A stretch of 63,710 nucleotides of DNA, counting the filler, from Pseudomonadota bacterium (GTDB lineage Bacteria; Bdellovibrionota_F; JAHFAK01; JBDREC01), in NCBI GenBank assembly GCA_043820105.1. It is 8 parts of 7 records of this genome, joined end to end, with 100 filler letters (N's around TTAATTAATTAA, not from the genome) between each part and the next. Parts side by side here need not be neighbours in the genome. Positions count along the whole stretch, not along the records: positions 24,460 to 41,743 come from JBDREC010000050.1; 7 more parts are not named here. One strand, written 5' to 3'. The notes under the pieces are model-generated. The model made no database searches and was not told the DNA's origin. It worked only from the letters and a program-made list of their open reading frames with translations. Positions within the stretch are counted from its first letter, which is position 1, and every line of letters begins with the position of its first letter. Below are positions 30,081-40,460 of this stretch, piece by piece. Both the position numbers and the translations under genes were made by a program.

Positions 30081-30908
30081 ATGTCTTTTTTTAACCTAAA
30101 TAAGCATAAAAATAATAAAAGAAAAGTTATTACTTCAATTGCTCTCAAAGAAGCTAGAAGGAACTTGCATGAAAAGGTGATTGCTTCTTTACTTCCACAA
30201 ATAAATGGTCTTAATCTTTATCTTAATGGTTTTGATGATATTCCTGCGTGTATAAAAAAACTTAATGCTTGTTTAAATTATGATAAAGACAGACTTTTAT
30301 TTGAAGGCGAAATCCAAGTTAATAAATATAAAACTGTACTCTTGCGAGTAGCTACATCAAAAGAACATGGGGATTTAAAGGATAATGGAAAATTCTTTTT
30401 TATAAAATTCGATCAAGAAAAATGGAATAATGATTATTATCATTTCACCTGTGATGATGATATTGTTTATCCTAAAAATTATGTAAAAGAAATGCTCAAG
30501 GGGATCGTGCGATATGACAATAAGGCAGCAATAGGTGTTCATGGAAGTATCTTTTTATCAGATAAGTTCGATGGATATTATTCTGAAAAAAGACAGGTGA
30601 GGCACTTTACTCAAAGCTATAAAAAAGACAGGTCTGTTCATATTTTGGGAACTGGGACTTTGGCTTATTATGCTGATACCTTTAAATCCATTGATTTTGC
30701 TTGTTTCAATAAAAAGCAGGCAATGTCTGATATTTGGCTTTCTATATACGCTAAAAGAAACAATATAAAATTAATATCAATAAAAAGGAAAAAAGACAAC
30801 TGGCTTAAGCCACTAAATCATAAAGATGAAGCATTGTTTGATTTAAACAAGAAAATTGAAGATTACATTAATAATGTTTTCTCAAAGCATTTTCCATGGG
30901 AACTTTGA
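30081..30908 (+). CDS. GT-A fold glycosyltransferase-like protein
   Basis: DNGKF, TCDDDIVYP, LGTGT, MSDIW. Confidence 0.75.
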   Translation: MSFFNLNKHKNNKRKVITSIALKEARRNLHEKVIASLLPQINGLNLYLNGFDDIPACIKKLNACLNYDKDRLLFEGEIQVNKYKTVLLRVATSKEHGDLKDNGKFFFIKFDQEKWNNDYYHFTCDDDIVYPKNYVKEMLKGIVRYDNKAAIGVHGSIFLSDKFDGYYSEKRQVRHFTQSYKKDRSVHILGTGTLAYYADTFKSIDFACFNKKQAMSDIWLSIYAKRNNIKLISIKRKKDNWLKPLNHKDEALFDLNKKIEDYINNVFSKHFPWEL

Positions 30909-30910
30909 GA

Positions 30911-32137
30911 ATGAAGAAAGAGCTGCTATTTTTATCACCTGTTATGCCCCAGGCTTCTAATTATGGACTTGCAATTCGTGCCTTTAATTCAATAAAAGCC
31001 TTATCTTCAGACTATGAAATTACTTTGATAGTTTTTGCTCAAAAAGATAAGGCAGGAATTGATCAAAAGCCAAATACGACATATGACTTTTGTAAAGAAA
31101 TCGTTTTGTTAGATCTTAAAAGATTTGATTTTTATTATAAAAAACTGCATCGTTTATTTTATAGGTTGTTCTCCAAAAAGCTGTTTGCATACCAAAATAG
31201 TATATATTCAAAAGATCAAAAACAAAGGCTTGAAATTATAATAAAAAATGGAAAATTTGATAGAATTCATGTTTTTCGAATTTATCTTGTCTGGTTTATT
31301 AAAAAATATCTTATAAAAAAAGAAATATCATCAATTACATGTGATCTTGATGATATAGAATCTTTAACAAGAAATAAGCTATCAAAGCTTTATCTGAAAA
31401 ATAATGAAAAGAAAAAGGCTCAAAGACTTTTGTTGGAATCAAGTTTTTATGGTGATCTTGAAAAACGCTTCTTGCCATTGTTTGATAGGGTTTATGTTTG
31501 TTCTGGATTGGATGAAGAAATATTAATGGAAAAATATAGTTTATCGAACATATCAGTATTACCTAATGTTATTAGTATACCATCTGAAACACAATCTAAA
31601 AAGCCAAAAGAAAAAACTAAATTTGTTTTCTTATTTCTTGGTAATTTGAATTACTATCCAAACATAGACGCGGTAAATTGGATAAGCTCAAAGCTCGTAA
31701 TTTTAATGAAGAAAAGGGCTGATGAACAATTTGAAATTTGGATAGCTGGATCTGGGAACTTAAATATAAAGTTAAAACATACTTTAAATATAGCAAATAT
31801 TAAATACAAAGGCTATATAAAGGATTTAGGAGCCTTATATGAAAAAGTTGATGTAATAATTGTTCCCATTAATGCAGGTGGAGGGACAAGGATTAAGATT
31901 TTAGAAGCAATGTCTTATAAAAAGGCTATTGTATCTACTTCTTTTGGAGCTTGTGGAATTGATGTAAGTGATGGAGAAAATATCCTGCTGGCAGATGATC
32001 CTGAAGCTTTTTGTGATTGCTGCATAAAGCTTATGAGCAATAACAAATTAAAAAGTGATATTGAGAAAAGAGCTTTTAATCTTGTTAAGTCAAAATATAA
32101 TGTTGATAGTGACTTATATTTGCAAAGTATTTTATAA
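30911..32137 (+). CDS. Glycosyltransferase family 4
   Basis: FLGNLNYYPNIDA, GGGTRIKILEAM; likely start 30911 (ORF track 30896). Confidence 0.9.
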   Translation: MKKELLFLSPVMPQASNYGLAIRAFNSIKALSSDYEITLIVFAQKDKAGIDQKPNTTYDFCKEIVLLDLKRFDFYYKKLHRLFYRLFSKKLFAYQNSIYSKDQKQRLEIIIKNGKFDRIHVFRIYLVWFIKKYLIKKEISSITCDLDDIESLTRNKLSKLYLKNNEKKKAQRLLLESSFYGDLEKRFLPLFDRVYVCSGLDEEILMEKYSLSNISVLPNVISIPSETQSKKPKEKTKFVFLFLGNLNYYPNIDAVNWISSKLVILMKKRADEQFEIWIAGSGNLNIKLKHTLNIANIKYKGYIKDLGALYEKVDVIIVPINAGGGTRIKILEAMSYKKAIVSTSFGACGIDVSDGENILLADDPEAFCDCCIKLMSNNKLKSDIEKRAFNLVKSKYNVDSDLYLQSIL

Positions 32138-32950
32138 AAACCTTCTGGCGATAATGTTATAGGTGCTATCAACCTTCCTGATAAAATCTTCAGTCAATAA
32201 ATCAGCATGAAAATCTGAAAAATCCTTTCTTTTTTTTGACCACCAGAGATGAGACCAAAGGTGAATGCTTACACTTTGGCTTAATTCACTAATATTTCCC
32301 TTGAAAAGAAGGTCAAGATCTGTTTTTGTCCACATAAAGGGATAAAAAGTTTGCTCAGGTTCAATGTGAATATGTTCAGGATACTGCATGCTTAATTCAT
32401 AGGGTAAAAAGGTTGAATGATTGCTCCAGGAACCATTAAAATATGAGATCATTTGCTCAAACCAGGCTTTAATAAATTCACTGTTTTTTTGACACATTAT
32501 GAGGGCATTGCACAGGGAAGGGCGTTTTTTCATCGTGCTTTGGCAAATCACATCACTTTCACGGCCTAAAACACAGTTTTTTTCAAACAATATATCTGGA
32601 ATTTTATTAACAAAAATTGTATCTATATCTGCATATATTCCACCATGTTCATGGAGTTTTTCAAGCCTTATAAAGTCTGAGTGATGAGCATAAGAATATT
32701 TTTTGCAGCCTTTATTTTCTCTGGTGTATTTGAATTTTGAAACAAAATCATTTAAATCAACTTTAACTAAGGTTAAATGTTGCTTGATTAAATCCCAAAA
32801 TTTACCATAAGGCATGTAATGGTAGTAAAGATATATTTTTTCAGGTCTATTAATTTCTAAGCACGATTTTAAACATAAATAATGCATTAAGTGAAATGGT
32901 TCTTTTTGCTTTTGTAAGCCAAAAATAAAGTGGAAAATATTTGGAATCAT
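32132..32950 (-). CDS. GT32-like DXD-motif glycosyltransferase
   Basis: MIPNIFHF, HSDFIRL..HGGIYADID, IHLW. Confidence 0.88.
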   Translation of the reverse strand: MIPNIFHFIFGLQKQKEPFHLMHYLCLKSCLEINRPEKIYLYYHYMPYGKFWDLIKQHLTLVKVDLNDFVSKFKYTRENKGCKKYSYAHHSDFIRLEKLHEHGGIYADIDTIFVNKIPDILFEKNCVLGRESDVICQSTMKKRPSLCNALIMCQKNSEFIKAWFEQMISYFNGSWSNHSTFLPYELSMQYPEHIHIEPEQTFYPFMWTKTDLDLLFKGNISELSQSVSIHLWSHLWWSKKRKDFSDFHADLLTEDFIRKVDSTYNIIARRFL

Positions 32951-33078
32951 TCTGAAAAGAATAGGTTCTTCTGCTAAAAAATCAAGATTTTAGTTGATTT
33001 TTATAAATTTTGGGTATACTTAGCCTTCACCTTAAAACTGCAAAACATTGAAATTTTACATAGTAAGAGGAAAAAAAG

Positions 33079-33426
33079 ATGAATGAATTGATTCAAAAAA
33101 TTGAAAATTCAAGCCTTGTTAAGGATCTGCCAAACTTTAAATCAGGTGATAATGTAAAGGTTCATTATAGAATTAAAGAAGGTGAAAAAGAAAGAGTTCA
33201 GATATTTGAAGGTCTTGTAATTAGAAAAACCAGGGGTAAAATGGGCGCTAGCTTTACTGTTAGAAAAATCTCTTATGGTATTGGCGTTGAAAGAATTTTT
33301 CCTTTAAATTCACCACTTATTAAGGAGATTGAAGTTCCAAGAAAAGGTCTTGTTAGAAGAAGTAGACTTTATTACTTAAGAGACCTTAGAGGAAGAGCAG
33401 CTAGAATCAAGGAAAAGAGAGATTAA
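33079..33426 (+). CDS. rplS: 50S ribosomal protein L19
   Basis: [38 protein letters not shown]. Confidence 0.98.
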   Translation: MNELIQKIENSSLVKDLPNFKSGDNVKVHYRIKEGEKERVQIFEGLVIRKTRGKMGASFTVRKISYGIGVERIFPLNSPLIKEIEVPRKGLVRRSRLYYLRDLRGRAARIKEKRD

Positions 33427-33428
33427 GT

Positions 33429-34043
33429 TTGGATCATTACTGGTCTTGCGCTATCCAAAATAATTATCAAAAAATAGCTGGTGTAGATGAAGCTGGGCGT
33501 GGTTGCCTGGCGGGTCCTGTTGTCGCTTCTGCAGTTATCATTCTACCTGAAAATATATCAAAAATTAGATATCTAACAGATTCAAAGAAAATTAGTGCTA
33601 AAAAGCGCGAAATTGCCTTTGAAGATATTAAAAAATATTCGCTTTCCTTTGGAATTTCTATTTCAAATGAGGAAGAGATTGATAAAATTAACATTCTAAA
33701 TGCTTCCTTACTTGCTATGAAAAGAGCTGTTATGGTAATGGATGTTAGGCCAGATTATTTGCTTATTGATGGAAATCAGAAGATTCAGAATAATATAGAT
33801 CAAGAAGCGATAATTGGAGGTGATCTTATCTGCCCACTAATTTCAGCTGCTTCAATTGTGGCAAAGGTTACGAGAGATAACCTGATGCTTGAGTATGATA
33901 AAAAATATCCTCAATATGGTTTTGCAAAACATAAAGGTTATGGAACAAAAGATCACAAAGAGTCTATTAAAAAACATGGTGTTTCAGAATTACACCGCCT
34001 TACCTTTAAGGGTGTCTCAGAACATGTAAAAAAGGTAGATTAA
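33429..34043 (+). CDS. rnhB: Ribonuclease HII
   Basis: GVDEAGRGCLAGPV, DSKK, ASIVAKVTRD, HKGYGT. Confidence 0.97.
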   Translation: MDHYWSCAIQNNYQKIAGVDEAGRGCLAGPVVASAVIILPENISKIRYLTDSKKISAKKREIAFEDIKKYSLSFGISISNEEEIDKINILNASLLAMKRAVMVMDVRPDYLLIDGNQKIQNNIDQEAIIGGDLICPLISAASIVAKVTRDNLMLEYDKKYPQYGFAKHKGYGTKDHKESIKKHGVSELHRLTFKGVSEHVKKVD

Positions 34044-34393
34044 TGATTAAGATCTCTGATAATGAAGGTGAACTCCTTGCAATCAAATATCTACAAGAAA
34101 ATAAATTTAAAATATTAGAAAGAAATTATCAGGCAAGACCTGGAGAGATTGATATTATAGCTTCTAAAAAGGGAGTTATTCATTTTATAGAAGTTAAACT
34201 TCGATCAAACGAAGGTTTTGGTGAGCCTGAGGAATATGTTACTCCTTCTAAGCTGAAGAAAATTCAAAAAACAGCTCAATACTACCTCTATTCAATTGAT
34301 GGCTATGGTCAAGAATGTCAATTTGATGTTATAGCAATATTTAAAACAGAAAAAGCTTATAAAATAAAGCACTTTGATAATGTAACAGGATAA
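34043..34393 (+). CDS. yraN: YraN family endonuclease-like protein
   Basis: GEIDIIA, FIEVK, FDVIAI; conserved position after rnhB. Confidence 0.92.
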   Translation: MIKISDNEGELLAIKYLQENKFKILERNYQARPGEIDIIASKKGVIHFIEVKLRSNEGFGEPEEYVTPSKLKKIQKTAQYYLYSIDGYGQECQFDVIAIFKTEKAYKIKHFDNVTG

Positions 34394-34495
34394 AGTCTAA
34401 TTAATTAATTGACAAAAATAATGCATAGTGTTAAGTGCTGTGCTGCAATATGTCTAAATCTCAAGAAATGGGAAAATTAATTTTTTGGAGAAAAT

Positions 34496-36268
34496 ATGTC
34501 CTTAAAAAATAAACTGCTTATTACATTTTTAATTATCATATTAGCTTCTTTTTTTCTATCTGGCTGCAAAAGAAAGACAGGTAAAGAAGCAGAAAAGCCA
34601 GGTGAAAAAGCCTCTACTGAAAAACCAAGCGATACTCCAACTTCTCCACCTCCACCTTCAGGTGATGGAGACGGTGATGGTGATGGAGATGGAGATGGAG
34701 ATGGAGATGATGTTTCTGTTCCAGCAAAATGCAAAGATGGGAAATGTGAGTTTACAGTGAATGTTATGCCATCAGGCAAAGATACTAGTGATATCCCAGA
34801 TAATAGACTTTTAGTTTTGGAAATTAAGCTTGTTTCTGTTGATGATCCTTCCATAGAATATAAAATTCAAAGTGCTGAAAATTTAGTTTTTACTAAAGCT
34901 GAATTAAAGAATATTGTAAATATTAGCTCATATCTTCCTCTTGGAAGTTATGTTGTTCATGCAAAACTATTTTGGTTTGAAAAGTTTTTCCCTTTTTGTG
35001 GAAAACTAATTTTTATTAGAGATGGGGAATCTGACTTCCTTGATATCACAGAAGATAAATATGCAGAAACAGATTTAGAGCTTTCTCCAGTTGAATATGA
35101 AGTTTTTGATTATGATTGTTCACTAACATATATTACTGTATGCGGCTGTTTAGACTTAGATCTTCTTTGTGGTGAGATTGGAGCTGATTGTGATGAAGTA
35201 AAAGAAGAAGATCCAGAAGAGCCTGCAGAACCAGCTGAGCCTACTGAGCCTACTGAACCAACTGAACCAACTGAACCTACAGAGCCCACAGAACCAACTG
35301 AGCCTACAGACCCAGCAGAACCTGTCGACCCAGCAGAGCCTGTGGAACCAACTGAGCCTGTAGAACCTGCCGAGCCTGCAGAACCTACAGAGCCAGCAGA
35401 ACCAGTAGAACCAGTAGAACCAGCAGAACCAGAAGAACCAGGCGAACCAGAAATTGATGAATTTTCAGTTTGGCCAGATTGTCAAACTTCAGGTGAAGGT
35501 TGTCATTTCTCCTTACATGGAGATCTTGTAATTGATGATTCAATTGTTAATGCTTTAAAAGCAGTTAAAGAAATTCCTTCATCTGTAGATGTGTCAACCT
35601 TTGATATTTCTATTTATAAAGATAGGGCTTTTGTAAATAGCGCTACAATTATCTATGATAACGGAACTACAAAATCTAATGTTTCACTTATTGAAAAACC
35701 ATTTGTTTCTTCAGCCTATTCTGAGGACGCTGGAATAATTCCTGTAACAATTCCCGTTGAAATTAGATTATTAAAACAAGTTTCTTTTAAGTTTAATAAA
35801 AATGGAGCCGATCTTACCCTAGATCAGGATTTTTTCCCAATAGTAAGTACTCCAGATGGTCAGAAGCGAGTAACTAGTGACATTATTAATGAGTTGAAAA
35901 AGGAAGAACTTGCCGGGAAGTATAATGTTTGCGCTCAATTTGTAAATGACAAGATAGATAATATCATTCTAACTGATACTTGTGAAAGTACACATTTATT
36001 AATAGAAATGCATAAACTTAATATTGATATTAAAGATGGTGATTTATTTGCAGGCTTATTTTTTGTGGTACCTGATCAGGAAAATGCCTTTGGAATTTTA
36101 AATTTAAATATAAAAGTTGATAAGGCAAGTAAAACAATTACTATTAGTGATGGTTCAATTCAATTTGATATTTCGAAGCAGGAAATTAAATATTTTCCAT
36201 TAATTGCATTGATTAATCCTATGACACCTGAGGCCGAACCAAAGATTAAGTTAAATTTATCTAATTAA
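34496..36268 (+). CDS. Lipoprotein with GD and EP(T/A/V) low-complexity repeats
   Basis: Lipobox FLSGC; (GD)n at ~34661-34710; EPx repeats at ~35210-35450. Confidence 0.8.
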   Translation: MSLKNKLLITFLIIILASFFLSGCKRKTGKEAEKPGEKASTEKPSDTPTSPPPPSGDGDGDGDGDGDGDGDDVSVPAKCKDGKCEFTVNVMPSGKDTSDIPDNRLLVLEIKLVSVDDPSIEYKIQSAENLVFTKAELKNIVNISSYLPLGSYVVHAKLFWFEKFFPFCGKLIFIRDGESDFLDITEDKYAETDLELSPVEYEVFDYDCSLTYITVCGCLDLDLLCGEIGADCDEVKEEDPEEPAEPAEPTEPTEPTEPTEPTEPTEPTEPTDPAEPVDPAEPVEPTEPVEPAEPAEPTEPAEPVEPVEPAEPEEPGEPEIDEFSVWPDCQTSGEGCHFSLHGDLVIDDSIVNALKAVKEIPSSVDVSTFDISIYKDRAFVNSATIIYDNGTTKSNVSLIEKPFVSSAYSEDAGIIPVTIPVEIRLLKQVSFKFNKNGADLTLDQDFFPIVSTPDGQKRVTSDIINELKKEELAGKYNVCAQFVNDKIDNIILTDTCESTHLLIEMHKLNIDIKDGDLFAGLFFVVPDQENAFGILNLNIKVDKASKTITISDGSIQFDISKQEIKYFPLIALINPMTPEAEPKIKLNLSN

Positions 36269-39200
36269 CCAATTTTCTCTTTTATACTTTCAATTAATTC
36301 AACAAGCCCAATTTCATCGGCTATTTCAAAAGCTTTCTTAAAATAATCCTTAGCAATGAGCATTTCTTTCTTTTTACCCTTTTCAAAATATAAAAGACCA
36401 ATGAGATAATTGCCTCGAGCAATTGATTCTTTATTTCCAATTTTTTGAGCTTTTAGTATATCATTTTGGATATGAACAATTCCTTTTTCAAAGATGCCTT
36501 CTCTGTAGCTTAGATAGGTTGCATACATGTTGTTTAGGATTGTACCTACATCCCATCCAATTTCATTCGAAATTTCATAGGATTCTTTAAAATATGTTTC
36601 TGCCTTATCATAGATTTGTTTTTTTATGTAGATGTTTCCAAGGTTGTGCAGGTTGATTGCAATTCCCCATGAATCATCAATTTCGCGAGTTGTTTTTAAA
36701 GCTGCTTCACCATACTTCAGTGCTTCATCAAAGTTCTTTTGTGAAAAGTAAATATCAACAATGTTTCCCAGGGTAACACCAACACCGTATTTATCACCAA
36801 CTTTTTCTTTGTATTTTAAGGAAGTATAAAAAGATTTTAAGGCTTCCTCATATCTTTCCTTTTTACAGTAGATCATACCAAGGTCATTTTGATATCGCGC
36901 AACTATTGATTCATCGCCTAGTTCGGTTGCTTCTTCTAAACCCTCTTCAATTGTTTCAATTGCCATGTCTATATTTCCTAAGAAATAATGAATTCCACCC
37001 ATCTCTCTTTTTATTTCAACAATTAGGTTCATATCATCAGTTTTCAAAGCTAAAGAAATGGCTTCAGATAAAAGTTTTAAAGCCAGCTCATAATTTCCCA
37101 TTGCCTTGTAAATTCGAGCAAGTCCTAAAAGTGAAAAGGCATGTCTATCTATTTCGCCTATTTGTTTAGCAACTTTTAAGGCCAGGTTAAATATTTTAAG
37201 ACCTCTATCCCAGTCACTTGTATAATAATAAATCATTCCAGCTCTGTTATAAATATCAGCTAGCTTTTGATTTATGGCATCTATGTTATGTTTTTCTTTT
37301 TCTGCTTTTTTCTTTAGGAAAATAACGCACTTGTGATAGCATTCTAAAGCTTCTTTGTTAATATAAGCTTTTTGCAGCTTTTCACCAGATAATTCATAGT
37401 AATGAATACACTTATCAAGATCACCTGATAATTCAAAGTGTCTTGATAAAATTTCATAGTGTTCTTCAATACGATCTTCAAATAAAGATTCAATGCTTTC
37501 ACCAACAGATCCGTGCACTTGAGCATGCATTTCCTCAAGCATTGAATTATAGACAACTTCAAAGGTCATTGAATGCTTAAAGGTAAATTCAATCAAATCA
37601 TCTCGTTCATAGATGATAATAATTAAGCCATCCTTAATAAGCTTTGAAAGACCTTCTTCAAGATATTCTCCGAGTTCCTTTTTTAAGTCAGGGTGAGAAT
37701 TAATAACTCTTGTTAATAGATCTTGTCTAAAATTTTTACCAATTACTGAAGCATATCTTAAGATAGTTTTTGATTTATCATCAAGTCTATCAAGTCTAGC
37801 AGTTAATATGCCCTGCAATGTTTTTGGAATAGAAATATCTTTCATATTAGACTCTTTTAATGCTATGTCATTTGATTTATATGCTTTTGCAATTTCTTCG
37901 AGGAATAAAGGATTTCCTTCTGTTTGCTCCATTAAAGTATAAAGGAAATCACGCCCAATTTTAGAATCATTTGGAAGTAAGTGTTGTAGTAAAGAAAGTG
38001 ACTCAGGACCTGATAAAGGCCCTAGTTCTATTGTATTGTAGTTATCAAGATCATCCCATTCTGTAACTTTTTGATCTTTTCTTTGAACACAAATGGTCAT
38101 AATATTTTTAGATGTAATATTTTTAACAAAGTAATCAATAAACTCAAATGATGCCTGATCAGCCCACTGCATATCATCAAAGATAATTACAAGGTTTTGG
38201 GTTTCTGCTATGCCTGAAAAAAGTTTTTTGAGAGCCAGGAAAAGCTCCTTAATGAATTGGTCACCTTCTAGAAATGCCACATTTGAATCTTTAAATTCAA
38301 TGGAAAATAAAGTTGCAATTAGGTAAACATCATTTTTAGAAACTCCAAAATTGCATAGTGAAAGAAGTTTGTTTTTAACAAGACCCTCAGAATCATCATC
38401 ATCAATGTGTGCAATTTTCTTAATCAAAATAAGCAAAAGAGAATAAGAAATGTCGCTTGTAATGAATTTTGAAACTATGGGTCGTGCATTACTTTCTATT
38501 GCTAAAACATTTTCATGTTTTACTTTACTTATAAACTCATGAACAAGTCTGGTTTTACCAATACCTATATCGCCAAATATTGAGATAACTTGTCCGATGC
38601 CTTCTTTTGCCTGGCAAAACAAGGCATAAAGCTTTGCAAATTCCTGATTTCTTCCAACGAATTTGGAAATGTATTTTTTTGCATCAAAGGTATCTCGCTT
38701 TTCAGTTCTTCTGTCATTTATCTTATAATAAGGAATTTTTATGTTTTTAGAAAAATAAGATCCAGCTTTTTCAAAGTTAAAACCAAATTCACCGTACTTG
38801 GTAATTTCTTCACCACCTAATACAACATTTGTAGGTGCTATTTTTAAAAGGTGGTAAACAGAATCAACAGCATTGCCTTTAACAGAATATTTGTTAACAT
38901 CAGACTTAGAATAATCGACTATAACATCACCATAATCAACTGATAACTTGATGTTTATGTTTATTTTTAATTCATTGGAAAAAGATTTTATATAATTGTT
39001 AATTGAAAGACCACTAACTATTGCTCTTTCTATGTCATTATCATGAGATTTAGGAACACCAAAAATAGCCAAAACTTGTCTTTCTAAAAGTTGATCGATT
39101 TGGCCGTCAAATCTATAGATAACATCAATAATTCGTTTAAAAACTTCGTTCATGATCGCTGCAATTTCATCAGGATCCATGCTTTCATCATCAGTTTCAA

Positions 39201-40299
39201 TTTCACCAACTTCAATTGCAAGGGTTGCTACATTCTTTCTTTCTTGTTTTAAATGAGACAGAATGTCTTCTTCTTTTGGTCCCCTTTGCAAATCTTCATG
39301 AATCATCATCTTGTCAACTTCAACAACGAGTGTTTTATCATCATCATCTACATTGTCTCTAACAGGAGCACTATCTTCTCTGAAAATATTTTCCATATAA
39401 GAAACAATGTCCTTCATTTCAGTATTATAAGCATTTGTTTCGGCAAAAGCTTGCAAATCAATAGATAAGTCATTAGCGCTTTGGTATCTGTCAACAGGAT
39501 CTTTAGCTAGGGTTTTACCAATAATTGTTTCCATTTCCACAGGTATCTCTGGATTAATGTGCGATGGGATTTCATATCTGGCTTCTTTTATTTGAGTTAC
39601 TGTTTCTACTTCAGTATTTCCTGCAAAGGGATTTTGGTTTGTAAGCATTTCATACATTAAAATGCCAGTTGCAAATATATCACTTCTCTTATCAATTGGT
39701 TCTAGGCTCACTTGCTCAGGGGAGGCATATTTGAGTTTACCCATGAAAAATTCTTCGTCTTCTTTTTTGTCTGTATCCTTTGCAGCTTTAGCCACACCAA
39801 AATCAATAATCTTAATTTCCCCAGGATAAGAAAGTAAAATATTTGAAGGAGAGATATCTCTGTGTACAATATTTAAATTTTCATCTCTTGGATCTTTTTT
39901 GTTGTGAATATATTCTAAACCCTCACAAACTTCTGAAACAATTTTAATTGTGTATTCAAGGGGAAATTTTATGCTAAGGTTATTTGATTGTTTTAAAATA
40001 GCCCTTAAGTCCTGTCCATGAATATATTCCATGGCAATGTAGTGCTTATCTTTAACTTTTCCATAGTCAAAAACTCTGATAATATTTTTATGGTCCAAGG
40101 AAAGGCTTAAAATTGCTTCATTTTTAAATAGCTCCACAACTTGCTGCTCTTCAGAAAAAACAGTTCTAATTGTTTTAATGGCAACAAGGTTTTGATAACC
40201 TTCTTTTCCAAAGGTTTTAGCCTTATATACTTCGCCAATGCCACCAAATCCAAGCTCCTCTAAAAGAAGATACTTTCCAAAAATACGAGGTTTAAACAC
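36265..40299 (-). CDS. Ser/Thr kinase - cyclase-like - AAA ATPase - TPR multidomain protein
   Basis: HRDISPSN, DFG, YASPE; ERKNV..FGVPKSHDND; FVGR, GDIGIGKT, FDDMQWAD, GNPLFLEE; C-terminal TPRs. Confidence 0.92.
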   Translation of the reverse strand: MFKPRIFGKYLLLEELGFGGIGEVYKAKTFGKEGYQNLVAIKTIRTVFSEEQQVVELFKNEAILSLSLDHKNIIRVFDYGKVKDKHYIAMEYIHGQDLRAILKQSNNLSIKFPLEYTIKIVSEVCEGLEYIHNKKDPRDENLNIVHRDISPSNILLSYPGEIKIIDFGVAKAAKDTDKKEDEEFFMGKLKYASPEQVSLEPIDKRSDIFATGILMYEMLTNQNPFAGNTEVETVTQIKEARYEIPSHINPEIPVEMETIIGKTLAKDPVDRYQSANDLSIDLQAFAETNAYNTEMKDIVSYMENIFREDSAPVRDNVDDDDKTLVVEVDKMMIHEDLQRGPKEEDILSHLKQERKNVATLAIEVGEIETDDESMDPDEIAAIMNEVFKRIIDVIYRFDGQIDQLLERQVLAIFGVPKSHDNDIERAIVSGLSINNYIKSFSNELKININIKLSVDYGDVIVDYSKSDVNKYSVKGNAVDSVYHLLKIAPTNVVLGGEEITKYGEFGFNFEKAGSYFSKNIKIPYYKINDRRTEKRDTFDAKKYISKFVGRNQEFAKLYALFCQAKEGIGQVISIFGDIGIGKTRLVHEFISKVKHENVLAIESNARPIVSKFITSDISYSLLLILIKKIAHIDDDDSEGLVKNKLLSLCNFGVSKNDVYLIATLFSIEFKDSNVAFLEGDQFIKELFLALKKLFSGIAETQNLVIIFDDMQWADQASFEFIDYFVKNITSKNIMTICVQRKDQKVTEWDDLDNYNTIELGPLSGPESLSLLQHLLPNDSKIGRDFLYTLMEQTEGNPLFLEEIAKAYKSNDIALKESNMKDISIPKTLQGILTARLDRLDDKSKTILRYASVIGKNFRQDLLTRVINSHPDLKKELGEYLEEGLSKLIKDGLIIIIYERDDLIEFTFKHSMTFEVVYNSMLEEMHAQVHGSVGESIESLFEDRIEEHYEILSRHFELSGDLDKCIHYYELSGEKLQKAYINKEALECYHKCVIFLKKKAEKEKHNIDAINQKLADIYNRAGMIYYYTSDWDRGLKIFNLALKVAKQIGEIDRHAFSLLGLARIYKAMGNYELALKLLSEAISLALKTDDMNLIVEIKREMGGIHYFLGNIDMAIETIEEGLEEATELGDESIVARYQNDLGMIYCKKERYEEALKSFYTSLKYKEKVGDKYGVGVTLGNIVDIYFSQKNFDEALKYGEAALKTTREIDDSWGIAINLHNLGNIYIKKQIYDKAETYFKESYEISNEIGWDVGTILNNMYATYLSYREGIFEKGIVHIQNDILKAQKIGNKESIARGNYLIGLLYFEKGKKKEMLIAKDYFKKAFEIADEIGLVELIESIKEKIG

Positions 40300-40460
40300 A
40301 ATTGGCCCTTGATTTTATTAATATTTTGACCTTAATAGTTTAATCAATAATTGAATGATTGCAATATATTTCTTTCATAAAAAAAATGAGCGCTTGACTT
40401 TAGATACTGCTTTGTCTTAACATCCCTAGACTAATAAGCTATTAATATCATAAGTTAAAC

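Noticed and set aside
35210-35450. 9-bp periodic repeat resembling an array
   Set aside because: Coding EPx repeat inside the lipoprotein with synonymous variation.
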